Of a DNA stretch of 64,000 nucleotides, positions 28,304-37,442 are shown one piece after another (positions within the stretch are counted from its first letter, which is position 1; every line of letters starts with the position of its first letter). The position numbers and the translations under genes are program-made. The notes under the pieces are model-generated. The model saw only the letters and a list, made by a program, of their open reading frames with translations. It made no database searches and had not been told where the DNA came from. Origin of the DNA: Candidatus Woesearchaeota archaeon (GTDB lineage: Archaea; Nanobdellota; Nanobdellia; Woesearchaeales; UBA9989); contig DUKZ01000020.1 of the NCBI GenBank assembly GCA_013329045.1, positions 33,489 through 97,488 on the forward strand. The letters run 5' to 3'.

Positions 28304-29768
28304 GCAGTTGCAGGATGCATTAAAGAATGTCGTTGGAAAAAGGATTCTCGTCATTGGCGATGTGATGCTTGATAGGTATGTGTGGGGAAGCGTGGAAAGG
28401 ATTTCCCCTGAAGCGCCAATTCCCATCTGCCTGGTAAAGAGAGAAACAAATGTCCCGGGGGGCGCTGGGAACACAGCTGCAAACATTACAGCAATGAAGG
28501 GAAAATGCACTCTCCTGAGCGTTGTTGGTGATGATGAGGCAAGGAGGATGCTAAACAGCGAACTGGAATCTCGCGGGATTGATGTATCCGCAATGGTCGC
28601 TGAGCAGGAAAGGCCAACGACAAGAAAAACAAGGGTGATGGGCGGCCAGCAGCAGCTGCTCCGGCTGGACTTTGAGGACTCTTCACCGATTAAGGAAGAA
28701 AGCAGGCAAAAGATTATTGGGTATATCAAGAAGAATGTTTCCCTGTTTGACTGCGTGGTCATTTCTGATTATGCGAAGGGGGTCATTGATAGGGAGTTGG
28801 CAGAGGCAGTCGTCCAGGAAGCAGCAAGGGCAAGAAAGCCTTTGCTTGTCGATCCAAAGCCAAAGCATGCAAAATATTTCAAGGGTGCAACATTGATCAC
28901 CCCAAACCATAAGGAGGCTTCTGAGATCGCAGGTATCAGGGAGGAAAAGGAAGCAGACCATATCATCATAGGTAATCATCTCGTGAAGCTGATGGGTTCA
29001 GATATCCTGATCACAAGAGGGGAGAAGGGTATGACCTTGTTTCAGTTGAAGGAGAACGCAATTTCTGTTAATGAGTTCATGACGACGGCAAGGGAAGTGT
29101 ATGATGTGAGCGGTGCTGGGGATACGGTAGTAGCAGCACTTGCCTTATCGATGGCAGCTGGAAATCCCTTAGAGCTGGGGATCATGCTGGCAAATATTGC
29201 TGCAGGGATTAAGGTAGGAAAACTCGGAACTGCTGCTGTCACCTACCATGAGGTAGAGGATAAGATCATGAACATTGACGAGAAGATCAAGTCAAGAGAA
29301 CAAATCACCCTCGTAGCAAAGCAGGTAAGAGCAGAAGGCAAAAAGATAGTCACGACGAATGGCAGCTTTGACCTTCTGCACGCAGGCCACCTGAAATATC
29401 TTAATGAGGCAAAGGCGCAAGGCGACGTTTTGATCGTCGGGCTGAATAGTGATGACTCGGTCAGGCGCTGGAAGAAGACAGTTGGGTATGAGGATTGGAA
29501 AAACAGGCCGATCATTCCAGAGCAGTACCGCGCACGGATGCTTGCTGCATTGAAGAGTGTTGATTATGTGACTATCTTCGATGAGACAGAACCATTTGAG
29601 TTTCTAAACTCAGTCCATCCGGATGTCCATGTCAACGGCTCAGAATACGGGGAAAAGTGTATCGAAGCGGATCTCATCAAGTCGATGGGTGGCAGGATCC
29701 ACATTGTTGAGAAGGAAGCTGGCCTTTCCACATCAGAAGTGATCAAGAAGATCAAGGAGTCAAAGTGA
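28296..29768 (+). CDS. hldE: Bifunctional D-beta-D-heptose 7-phosphate kinase / D-beta-D-heptose 1-phosphate adenylyltransferase
   Basis: The ATG at 28296 follows GGAGGGTGG. The N-terminal PfkB kinase domain has VIGDVMLDRYVWG and DVSGAGDTVVAALA. The C-terminal cytidylyltransferase-fold domain has TNGSFDLLHAGHLKYL. Confidence 0.9.
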   Translation: MSKQLQDALKNVVGKRILVIGDVMLDRYVWGSVERISPEAPIPICLVKRETNVPGGAGNTAANITAMKGKCTLLSVVGDDEARRMLNSELESRGIDVSAMVAEQERPTTRKTRVMGGQQQLLRLDFEDSSPIKEESRQKIIGYIKKNVSLFDCVVISDYAKGVIDRELAEAVVQEAARARKPLLVDPKPKHAKYFKGATLITPNHKEASEIAGIREEKEADHIIIGNHLVKLMGSDILITRGEKGMTLFQLKENAISVNEFMTTAREVYDVSGAGDTVVAALALSMAAGNPLELGIMLANIAAGIKVGKLGTAAVTYHEVEDKIMNIDEKIKSREQITLVAKQVRAEGKKIVTTNGSFDLLHAGHLKYLNEAKAQGDVLIVGLNSDDSVRRWKKTVGYEDWKNRPIIPEQYRARMLAALKSVDYVTIFDETEPFEFLNSVHPDVHVNGSEYGEKCIEADLIKSMGGRIHIVEKEAGLSTSEVIKKIKESK

Positions 29769-30373
29769 TGATAAGCTCTGATGCAGGCAGTAGTAGAAGA
29801 GATGAATTCATCAAGAAGCACATAGAGGAAGTGCAAAAAAGCCTCAGTCGCCTTGATCAGGGAGAGATCAACAGATGCGTGTCCATCTTTTTCGATGCAT
29901 GGAAGCAGAAAAAGACCATCTTTTTCATGGGCAATGGCGGCTCGGGAAGCACGGCCAGCCATTTTGTTGCCGACATGAGCAAGTGGACAATCATTGAGGG
30001 CAGGCCGCGAGTAAGGGCAATTGCCCTAACAGACAATATGCCAAACATTCTTGCCTGGGGAAATGATGATGGATATGAGGCTATCTTTGTGGAGCAGCTA
30101 AAGAACCTGATGGGAAAAGGTGATGTTGTTGTGGGAATTAGCGGCTCTGGAAATTCAAGGAATGTCATTGAGGCGCTAAGATATGCGAATGATAATAATG
30201 CAGCAACCATTGCTTTCCTTGGTTTTGACGGCGGGAAGATGAAAGCAATTGCATCCCATAGCGTCCATGTGAAGAATGATCATATGGGGCAAGTTGAGGG
30301 GATCCATGCAGTGCTCCAGCACATAATTGTTGATGCGTTAAAGAAAGAGATAAAGGACGCAAACGTTCCATAG
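29765..30373 (+). CDS. Second SIS-domain GmhA-family isomerase paralog
   Basis: IFFMGNGGSGSTASHF...GDVVVGISGSGNSRNVIEAL...FLGFDGGKM. ATGA overlap with hldE. Confidence 0.7.
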   Translation: MMISSDAGSSRRDEFIKKHIEEVQKSLSRLDQGEINRCVSIFFDAWKQKKTIFFMGNGGSGSTASHFVADMSKWTIIEGRPRVRAIALTDNMPNILAWGNDDGYEAIFVEQLKNLMGKGDVVVGISGSGNSRNVIEALRYANDNNAATIAFLGFDGGKMKAIASHSVHVKNDHMGQVEGIHAVLQHIIVDALKKEIKDANVP

Positions 30374-30412
30374 GCATCCAGGAGAACATTTATTCGGCGA
30401 GAAAAGGAGGGA

Positions 30413-31276
30413 ATGATGAAAAAGATTGAGAGTATCGAGGAATTGGAAGGGAAGGCAAGAGAATTGCGCATCACTACACTAAAGATGATTCATGCAGCTG
30501 GCTCTGGCCATCCCGGGGGATCATTATCAGCAGCTGATCTGCTCACAGCGATCTATTATCGGTTTATGAGGTTTAAGGCAGACCAGCCAAATTGGCCAGA
30601 GCGAGACAGGCTTATACTTTCAAAGGGCCATTGTTGCCCCATCTTATATGCAATCCTTGCGGATCAGGGATATTTTGAGAAGGAAAAACTCATGACTCTC
30701 AGAAAGATGGGAAGCATCCTCCAGGGCCATCCTGACAGGAATAAAACACCAGGAATAGAAGTTTCATCCGGTAGCCTTGGCCAGGGCCTCAGTGTTGCTG
30801 CGGGTATGGCATTAGCAGGGAAAATAGACAAAAAGCCCTACAAGACATACTGCATCCTTGGCGATGGAGAATTCCAGGAAGGAAGCAACTACGAGGCTTT
30901 GATGGCAGCAGCTCATTTCCGCATTCCAAACCTTGTGGCGATTCTTGATTATAACCAGATCCAACAGTGCGGGATGGTAAAGGATATCATGCATATTGAT
31001 CCAGTCGGTGAGAAAGTGAAAGCTTTTGGATGGAAGGTGTATGAGATTGATGGTCATGATATGGGAGAGATCGTAATGACACTCGAGAAGGCGCAAAAGG
31101 ACACTCAGCCAGTATTTATTGTTGCTCACACGGTGAAAGGGAAAGGTGTCTCGTTCATGGAGCTCAATAAGGATTTCCATGGAAGGGCGCCATCCGACGC
31201 AGAGTTGCATGCTGCGTTGCAGGAACTAGGCACGGTGACCAGCACCCAGCATCCGGCCCAAGGGGGGGTGGCATGA
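30413..31276 (+). CDS. Transketolase, N-terminal (TPP-binding) subunit
   Basis: GSGHPGGSLSAADLLTAIYY and LGDGEFQEG motifs. Split-type tkt. Confidence 0.85.
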   Translation: MMKKIESIEELEGKARELRITTLKMIHAAGSGHPGGSLSAADLLTAIYYRFMRFKADQPNWPERDRLILSKGHCCPILYAILADQGYFEKEKLMTLRKMGSILQGHPDRNKTPGIEVSSGSLGQGLSVAAGMALAGKIDKKPYKTYCILGDGEFQEGSNYEALMAAAHFRIPNLVAILDYNQIQQCGMVKDIMHIDPVGEKVKAFGWKVYEIDGHDMGEIVMTLEKAQKDTQPVFIVAHTVKGKGVSFMELNKDFHGRAPSDAELHAALQELGTVTSTQHPAQGGVA

Positions 31277-32253
31277 TGGCAGAATCGGTCAAGCTTAATC
31301 TTTCTTTCGACACAAGCAAACCAGAGGCGACAAGGGATGGTTTTGGAAAAGGCCTTGTCATCGAAGGTAAAAAGAACAAGGACATTATTGCCCTTGATGG
31401 TGATCTTGCAAACTCTACAAGGTCGGAATGGTTCGGGCAGGAATTTCCTGACCGGTTCTTCAATGTGGGGATTGCTGAGCAAAACCTTGTTGGCATGGCA
31501 GCTGGCCTAGCCCTTGCAGGAAAGATTCCTTTTGCGTGCTCGTTTGCAGGATTCCTTGTCAATAGGGGCCATGACATCATCAGGATTAGTGTTGCCTATT
31601 CAAATGCAAATGTCAAGCTCATTGGCACCCATGGAGGCATCCAGATCGGAGAGGATGGCCCGTCCAACCAGTCGATGAGTGATATTGCCTCTCTCAGGGC
31701 GCTTCCAAGGATGGTTATTGTTAATCCCTGTGACGCTCTCGAAGCGGCAAAGGCTGTTGAGGCATTCGTGAAGACAAAAGGACCGATGTATATGAGGCTC
31801 ACACGCAATAAGCTGCCATATTTTCATAAGGAAGACTACAAGTTCCAGCTCGGAAAGGCAGATATTATAAAGGAAGGCAAGGACGCAACAATCCTGGCAA
31901 CAGGCGCGCTTGTTGCTGAAGCGATGAAGGCAGCAAAAGAATTAGAGAACGAGGGCATTTCGACAAGGGTGATCAACATCCACACGATAAAACCGCTCGA
32001 CGCTGAGGCTGTCCTTCAGGCTGCAAGATCAACGAAGGTGATGATCACTGCTGAGGACCACAATGTCATCGGCGGCCTTGGGGGCGGGGTAGCAGAAGTC
32101 ATCGCTCAGCAGCAGATAAGCATCCCCTTCAGGATCATTGGTGTGAAGGACTCATTCGCAGAGTCTGCAACGCCAGATCAGCTCTTTGAGAAATACGGGC
32201 TGTCCTATCCCCATCTGGTAACCGCAGTAAAGGATCTGATGAAGAGGAAGTAA
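31273..32253 (+). CDS. Transketolase, C-terminal (pyrimidine-binding) subunit
   Basis: Overlaps the N-terminal subunit by ATGA. GIAEQNLVGMAAGLA motif. Confidence 0.85.
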   Translation: MMAESVKLNLSFDTSKPEATRDGFGKGLVIEGKKNKDIIALDGDLANSTRSEWFGQEFPDRFFNVGIAEQNLVGMAAGLALAGKIPFACSFAGFLVNRGHDIIRISVAYSNANVKLIGTHGGIQIGEDGPSNQSMSDIASLRALPRMVIVNPCDALEAAKAVEAFVKTKGPMYMRLTRNKLPYFHKEDYKFQLGKADIIKEGKDATILATGALVAEAMKAAKELENEGISTRVINIHTIKPLDAEAVLQAARSTKVMITAEDHNVIGGLGGGVAEVIAQQQISIPFRIIGVKDSFAESATPDQLFEKYGLSYPHLVTAVKDLMKRK

Positions 32254-32255
32254 GC

Positions 32256-32756
32256 ATGAAAAAAACGATTTATCTTGGTTTTGACCACGGCGCCTTTCAA
32301 GTAAGGGGGTTTGTGAGAAGATACCTTGGGGAAAAACAGGTAGCATACAAAGATTTTTCAAAAGAGAAGCTGGATCCATCAGATGATTATCCGGATGCGG
32401 TAGTGCCAGCAGCAAAGGCCGCTGCAAAAGATGGCTCCTTTGCGATTGTTGGGTGCTCAAGTGGCACGGGAAGCTCGATTGCTGCAAACAAGGTCAAAGG
32501 GATCAGGGCAGCCCCGCTGCATGATGAGACCCTTGTGTATCTGGCAAGGCTTCACAATGACCTGAATTGTCTTGCTCTTCGGGGGATGATTTTTTCCTCA
32601 GATATCCAGATGCAAACAGCAGGTTCATACATTAATTTATTGTCGATCAAGCACACCTCAGTGACAGAACAGGAAGTGAGAAAATTGGTGAAGGTATTCC
32701 TTGAAACCGAGTTTGAAGGCGGCCGTCATCAGAAAAGGATTGAGAAGATCGAATGA
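32256..32756 (+). CDS. rpiB: Ribose-5-phosphate isomerase B
   Basis: LGFDHGAF...GCSSGTGSSIAANKVKGIRAA...EGGRHQKRIEKI matches RpiB/LacAB. Confidence 0.8.
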   Translation: MKKTIYLGFDHGAFQVRGFVRRYLGEKQVAYKDFSKEKLDPSDDYPDAVVPAAKAAAKDGSFAIVGCSSGTGSSIAANKVKGIRAAPLHDETLVYLARLHNDLNCLALRGMIFSSDIQMQTAGSYINLLSIKHTSVTEQEVRKLVKVFLETEFEGGRHQKRIEKIE

Positions 32757-32780
32757 AAGAAGAAGTGAGTTGAAAGAAGG

Positions 32781-33416
32781 ATGAACAAAAAAAAGTCTAT
32801 CATTTCCGTATCATTCCTCTCAGCAGACCAAGGAATGCTCAAAGAGGAGCTCGAATCAGTTGGTACTGCTGATTATTTCCACGTTGATGTGATGGACGGT
32901 AGGTTTGTTCCAAGAAAGACGTACTGCCCGGAAGATATCATCAGCCTCGAACTCACTGTTCCGCTCGATGTGCACCTGATGGTTGATAAGCCGGAAAATA
33001 TGATTGATGATTGGCTAAGAACAGGACCATCTATTGTGGTATTCCATTATGAAGCAACAACAAAGCACAAAGAGATTATTGCAATGCTCCACAAGCAGGA
33101 GGTCAAAGCCGGCATCTCGGTAAAACCGGGAACGCCGGCAAAAGTCCTCTTCCCATTCCTCGCGACAATCGACCTTGTTTTGGTCATGACTGTTGAGCCT
33201 GGCGCTGCGGGCCAATCATTTATGCCAGAAATGCTGGAAAAAGTAAGAGGTTTAAGGAAAGCTGGCTTCAAGGGAATCATCGAGGTCGATGGCGGGATCA
33301 CGCTGGAGAACCAGAAGAAGGCAAAGCTTGCAGGAGCGGACATGTTTGTTTCCGCATCATTCATATTCAAACACAAGGACAGGAAAGCCATTATTCGGCA
33401 GATGCAGGAGGTATGA
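32781..33416 (+). CDS. rpe: Ribulose-phosphate 3-epimerase
   Basis: HVDVMDGRFVP, DVHLMV and EVDGGI motifs. Confidence 0.8.
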   Translation: MNKKKSIISVSFLSADQGMLKEELESVGTADYFHVDVMDGRFVPRKTYCPEDIISLELTVPLDVHLMVDKPENMIDDWLRTGPSIVVFHYEATTKHKEIIAMLHKQEVKAGISVKPGTPAKVLFPFLATIDLVLVMTVEPGAAGQSFMPEMLEKVRGLRKAGFKGIIEVDGGITLENQKKAKLAGADMFVSASFIFKHKDRKAIIRQMQEV

Positions 33417-34075
33417 AGATGGAAATTTGGGCAGATACAGCAAATACAGCGGAGATCGAGAAGATCAATGCGCTTGGAATCCTAGATGGTGTGACAACTA
33501 ATCCAAGCTTGATTGCAAAAGAGGCTGGCGATCCAATCGCGATTTTAAAGAGGATAACATCAGTTGTTAAAGGGCCTGTTTCTGCAGAGGTGATTAGCGT
33601 TGAAGCTGATGGGATGATAAAGGAAGGAACTAAGCTGGCAGGCATTGCTCCAAACATTGTTGTAAAGATCCCAATGGGCATAGAAGGGTTAAAAGCAATT
33701 AAAGTGCTGCATCAGAAAGGTATTCGCACGAACTGCACGTTGACTTTTTCTGCTAACCAGGCACTTCTTGCAGCAAAGGCTGGCGCATCGTATGTCAACG
33801 CTTTTGTTGGAAGAATTGATGATGAGGGTGATGATGGCTTTCGCCTCGTCCAGGATATCCTGGTGATGCTGGAGAACTATAAGCTCCAGTCAGAGCTCAT
33901 CGTCGCATCAATCAGGCATCCCTGGCATGTCCATCTCTCAGCCCAAGCAGGAGCGCATGTTGCAACGATTCCAACAGCAGTCATCGAGAAGATGGCCAGC
34001 CACATAAGGACAACTGAGGGGATCAATAAGTTTCTTGCAGATTGGAACAAGGCAGGAAAGGAATACAAGATTTGA
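33413..34075 (+). CDS. tal: Transaldolase, short Fsa/TalC subfamily
   Basis: WADTANTAEIEK...GVTTNPSL...VVKIPMG...TNCTLTFS...FVGRIDD resembles MJ0960-type transaldolase. Confidence 0.85.
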   Translation: MKMEIWADTANTAEIEKINALGILDGVTTNPSLIAKEAGDPIAILKRITSVVKGPVSAEVISVEADGMIKEGTKLAGIAPNIVVKIPMGIEGLKAIKVLHQKGIRTNCTLTFSANQALLAAKAGASYVNAFVGRIDDEGDDGFRLVQDILVMLENYKLQSELIVASIRHPWHVHLSAQAGAHVATIPTAVIEKMASHIRTTEGINKFLADWNKAGKEYKI

Positions 34076-34110
34076 TAGTGTAAAGTGGAGTTGCGCTGGA
34101 AAAGGTTTGA

Positions 34111-34192
34111 AGCAACAACAATGGCACAAATCGCGTAGGCTCTACGCGAAGGTTTTCAAAGAAAACCGGTTTGTCGCCAGTATTGTTGTTGC
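34111..34192. repeat. Double-hairpin palindromic element, copy B
   Basis: Outer 11-bp perfect stem GCAACAACAAT/ATTGTTGTTGC, extended imperfectly. Inner hairpins CGCGTAG-gct-CTACGCG and GGTTTT-caaag-AAAACC. Confidence 0.6.
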
Positions 34193-34235
34193 CCAATGAA
34201 ATGAAAGGTAGAGTGAGTCAATAATTAAAGAGGGC

Positions 34236-35219
34236 ATGATGTACAAAAATCTGGCATTGGAATTTGTCCGGGCAACCGAAGCAGCAGCGCTAGCCAGCGC
34301 TAAGTGGATGGGCAAGGGCAATGAGAAGATGGCTGATCACGCAGCAGTTGAGGCAATGAGGAAGCATTTCAACTTCATGGATATTGATGGAACGGTGGTT
34401 ATTGGTGAGGGTGAGCGTGATGAAGCTCCCATGCTCTACATTGGAGAGAAGCTTGGCAACGGAAAAGGGCCAAAAGTTGATATCGCTGTTGATCCATTGG
34501 AAGGAACAACAATTACGGCAAGGGGGGATCCAAACGCAATAACCGTTCTGGCTTCCGCACCAAAGGGCCATTTGCTCCATTCACCGGACACCTATATGGA
34601 CAAGATCGCTGTGGGGAAAGATGCTGTTGGTGTCATTGATCTTGATGCATCAGTAAAAGATAACATTCTCGCTGTCGCAGATAAGCTTGGGAAGGATTGT
34701 GATGAGATAACCGTGATTATTCTTGATCGTGACCGCCATATTGAACTCATCAAGCAGGTGAGGGAGTGTGGCTGCAGGATCAGGCTTATTCGTGATGGTG
34801 ATGTTGCAGGCGCTCTCGCCCCAGCTCTTCCAGACTCTGGTATTGACATTTTGATGGGTATTGGCGGTGCCCCGGAAGGTGTTCTTGGCGCTGCTGGCTT
34901 GAAATGTCTTGGTGGTGAGATTCAAGGAAGGCTCAAGTTCAGGAACCCCTCAGAGAAAGAGCGGGCGATTGGTATGGGGTTGAGCGATCCAGAAAAGATT
35001 TTCACCATGAAGGAGATGGTGGGAGGGGAAGATGTGATGTTTGCAGCAACGGGCGTGACTGACGGCACCATCCTGAAGGGGGTGAGATTTATTCATAACG
35101 GCGCATCGACCCATTCATTGGTGATGCGGTCAGCTTCTGGCACAGTAAGATTCATTGAGGCAAATCATAAGTTTGGAGATGAAAGAGGTGATATCCATGA
35201 AAAAAATGAAAGAAAGTGA
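34236..35219 (+). CDS. glpX: Fructose-1,6-bisphosphatase class II / sedoheptulose-1,7-bisphosphatase (GlpX family)
   Basis: ALEFVRATEAAALASAKWMGKG...DGTVVIGEGERDEAPMLYIGEKLG...DIAVDPLEGTT aligns closely with E. coli GlpX. Confidence 0.85.
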   Translation: MMYKNLALEFVRATEAAALASAKWMGKGNEKMADHAAVEAMRKHFNFMDIDGTVVIGEGERDEAPMLYIGEKLGNGKGPKVDIAVDPLEGTTITARGDPNAITVLASAPKGHLLHSPDTYMDKIAVGKDAVGVIDLDASVKDNILAVADKLGKDCDEITVIILDRDRHIELIKQVRECGCRIRLIRDGDVAGALAPALPDSGIDILMGIGGAPEGVLGAAGLKCLGGEIQGRLKFRNPSEKERAIGMGLSDPEKIFTMKEMVGGEDVMFAATGVTDGTILKGVRFIHNGASTHSLVMRSASGTVRFIEANHKFGDERGDIHEKNERK

Positions 35220-36138
35220 CGTAGGAGTTCCAGGGGATGTTCCAGCAGGTGCAAAGAAAACATACATCAAAAATTTCCTGAAGGTGACCCATAACACTAG
35301 GAGAGTTATGCTGTTTGCGGGCGACCAAAAGATTGAGCATCTCAATGATGATTTTTATGGCACTGTTAAGATGGAAGGAAAAGAAGTGTCGATCTCAAAA
35401 GATGATGCCGATCCAGAGCACCTTTTTAGGATTGCATCAAAGGCAAATATTGGTGTCTTTGCAGGCCAGCTAGGCCTCATCGCCCGGTATGGAAAGTCAT
35501 ACAAGAACATTCCTTACCTGATTAAGCTTAATTCAAAATCCCACTTGGTAAAGACAGAACTCCAGGATCCGTTGAGCAAGGCTTTGTGGGATATTGAGCG
35601 TATTGTAAAATTCAGGAAAGACTCAGGCTTGAATGTTGTTGGTGTTGGCTATACTGTTTATGTTGGCAGCATGTATGAGCCAAAAATGCTCAAGGAGGCA
35701 GCAAGGATCGCTTTTGATGCGCATCAAGCTGGCCTTTTGGCAATTTTCTGGATGTATCCGAGGGGAAAAGCAATTCTTGATGAGAAAGATCCTCATTTGA
35801 TTGCCGGGGCAGCCGGCACAGGTGCCTGTCTTGGTGCTGACTTTGTGAAGGTAAATTATCCAAAGCCAAAGGAAGGAAAAGCCGCAGAATCATTCAAGGA
35901 AGCAGTGCTCGCTGCCGGAAGGACTGGGGTGATTACTGCTGGCGGCTCTTCTAAGCCTCCAAGGGAGTTTTTACAGGAAACTTGGGATCAGATCCACATC
36001 GCTGGCTGTCGGGGAAATGCTACCGGAAGAAATATCCATCAGCGGTCTCTCAGTGAAGCAGTAAAGCTGGCTAATGCCATTGCCTCAATCACGTATGAGG
36101 ACAAGAGTGTTGATGAAGCGATGAAGATGATGGGGTGA
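35197..36138 (+). CDS. fbaB: Class I fructose-bisphosphate aldolase, DhnA/FbaB archaeal type
   Basis: The ATG at 35197 follows GAGGTGAT. YLIKLNSKSHL, VGYTVYVGS, LAIFWMYPRG, GADFVKVNYPK and GRNIHQ blocks. Confidence 0.75.
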   Translation: MKKMKESDVGVPGDVPAGAKKTYIKNFLKVTHNTRRVMLFAGDQKIEHLNDDFYGTVKMEGKEVSISKDDADPEHLFRIASKANIGVFAGQLGLIARYGKSYKNIPYLIKLNSKSHLVKTELQDPLSKALWDIERIVKFRKDSGLNVVGVGYTVYVGSMYEPKMLKEAARIAFDAHQAGLLAIFWMYPRGKAILDEKDPHLIAGAAGTGACLGADFVKVNYPKPKEGKAAESFKEAVLAAGRTGVITAGGSSKPPREFLQETWDQIHIAGCRGNATGRNIHQRSLSEAVKLANAIASITYEDKSVDEAMKMMG

Positions 36139-36169
36139 GATATGTTTTTTCTTTATTTATTATCTTCAG

Positions 36170-36720
36170 CAATGAATGGCCCAATCGGGGCAGAGCCCCG
36201 GGGTATCTCCTCAAAAACTTATGAGCTTTAACTGATTGGGGTCACCGCCTTGCTTCCTAATATATTCTTTCATCTGCTCTTCTCCATAGCCATCGCCAAC
36301 AGTATCAATGTGTCCTCCCTCTGTCCAGAAGTGACCTCCCCACAATTCCTCACGGAGCTTAGGAAACCTCTTGAACGTTTCTTTTGCAGTAATGCTTTTA
36401 CAAATCATCATCACTTGCGATGGAGAGTATCGAGGCGCTGCCTCGACAAGAATATGTAAATGATCCTCATCAGTCCCCATCGCATGAAACTGCAAATAAT
36501 ACCGCTTACCAATGCCAAGTAAGATTTCTTTCAAATATTTGCTCACCTCATCGGTGAGTAAATCCTTACGATACTTGACAACAAATACCACATGATATCG
36601 GATGCGATAACTACAATAAGAAGCATAACGCACTTCCATAAAAAGAAAAAAAGCGTCATGTATTCATAAAATGAGAGGCACTACGGGGCAGAGCCCCGGG
36701 GTATTTACCCAAATAGGAAT
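36170..36720. mobile_element. IS200/IS605-family element (tnpA only), with the same hairpin motif at both ends
   Basis: CGGGGCAGAGCCCCGGGGTAT at 36186-36206 and 36684-36704, in direct orientation. They flank a Y1-transposase gene. Confidence 0.65.
36211..36639 (-). CDS. tnpA: IS200-like HUH/Y1 transposase
   Basis: YHVVFVVKYRK...HLHILVEAAPRYSPSQV is the classical IS200 TnpA pattern. 142 aa. Confidence 0.85.
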   Translation of the reverse strand: MEVRYASYCSYRIRYHVVFVVKYRKDLLTDEVSKYLKEILLGIGKRYYLQFHAMGTDEDHLHILVEAAPRYSPSQVMMICKSITAKETFKRFPKLREELWGGHFWTEGGHIDTVGDGYGEEQMKEYIRKQGGDPNQLKLISF

Positions 36721-36758
36721 AAACAACCTTTTTAAACCCCACCGCTCTTCATCCTTGT

Positions 36759-37439
36759 ATGAAACTTTCCATCATCATCCCCGCCTACAACGAGGAGAAA
36801 TTCATCAAGAAAGTTGTGGGCATCGTAAAAAAAGTTGATTTGGGAAAAATCGAGAAGGAAATCATCATCGTCAATGACGCTTCAAAGGATAACACAGGTA
36901 ATATTATCCAAAAAATCAAAGGGGTAAAGATTCTGAACCACAAGGTAAATCAAGGCAAGGGCGCGGCCATCAGGACTGGCCTCCAGCATGCGACAGGCGA
37001 CATCGTCCTCATCCAGGACGCTGATCTCGAATACGACCCGAACGAATACCCAAAATTAATTCAGCCAATTATCCAGGGTCATGCTGATATTGTCTATGGC
37101 TCAAGGTTCACAGCATCGCACAATCCCAAATACAGATTGTATTATCTTGGTAATAAGTTTCTCACTCTTCTCACCAATATCCTCTACGGCGCAAGAATTA
37201 CTGACATGGAAACCTGTTATAAAGTGATGAAAAAGGATGTCATCAAGGGGATGAAGTTGAGGGCAAATAGGTTTGATTTCGAGCCGGAAATTACCGCAAA
37301 ACTCCTCAAACAAAAAAAGAAGATTATAGAAGTCCCAATCACCTATCACTGCCGTGATTTTGCTGAAGGAAAAAAGATCACGTGGAAAGACGGCATGCTC
37401 GCTGTTTGGTATTTGATAAAATATAGGTTTGTTGATTAG
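36759..37439 (+). CDS. GT2 glycosyltransferase (DPM1-like)
   Basis: LSIIIPAYNEE...IVNDASKDNT...DADLEYDP motifs. Confidence 0.8.
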   Translation: MKLSIIIPAYNEEKFIKKVVGIVKKVDLGKIEKEIIIVNDASKDNTGNIIQKIKGVKILNHKVNQGKGAAIRTGLQHATGDIVLIQDADLEYDPNEYPKLIQPIIQGHADIVYGSRFTASHNPKYRLYYLGNKFLTLLTNILYGARITDMETCYKVMKKDVIKGMKLRANRFDFEPEITAKLLKQKKKIIEVPITYHCRDFAEGKKITWKDGMLAVWYLIKYRFVD

Positions 37440-37442
37440 AAT

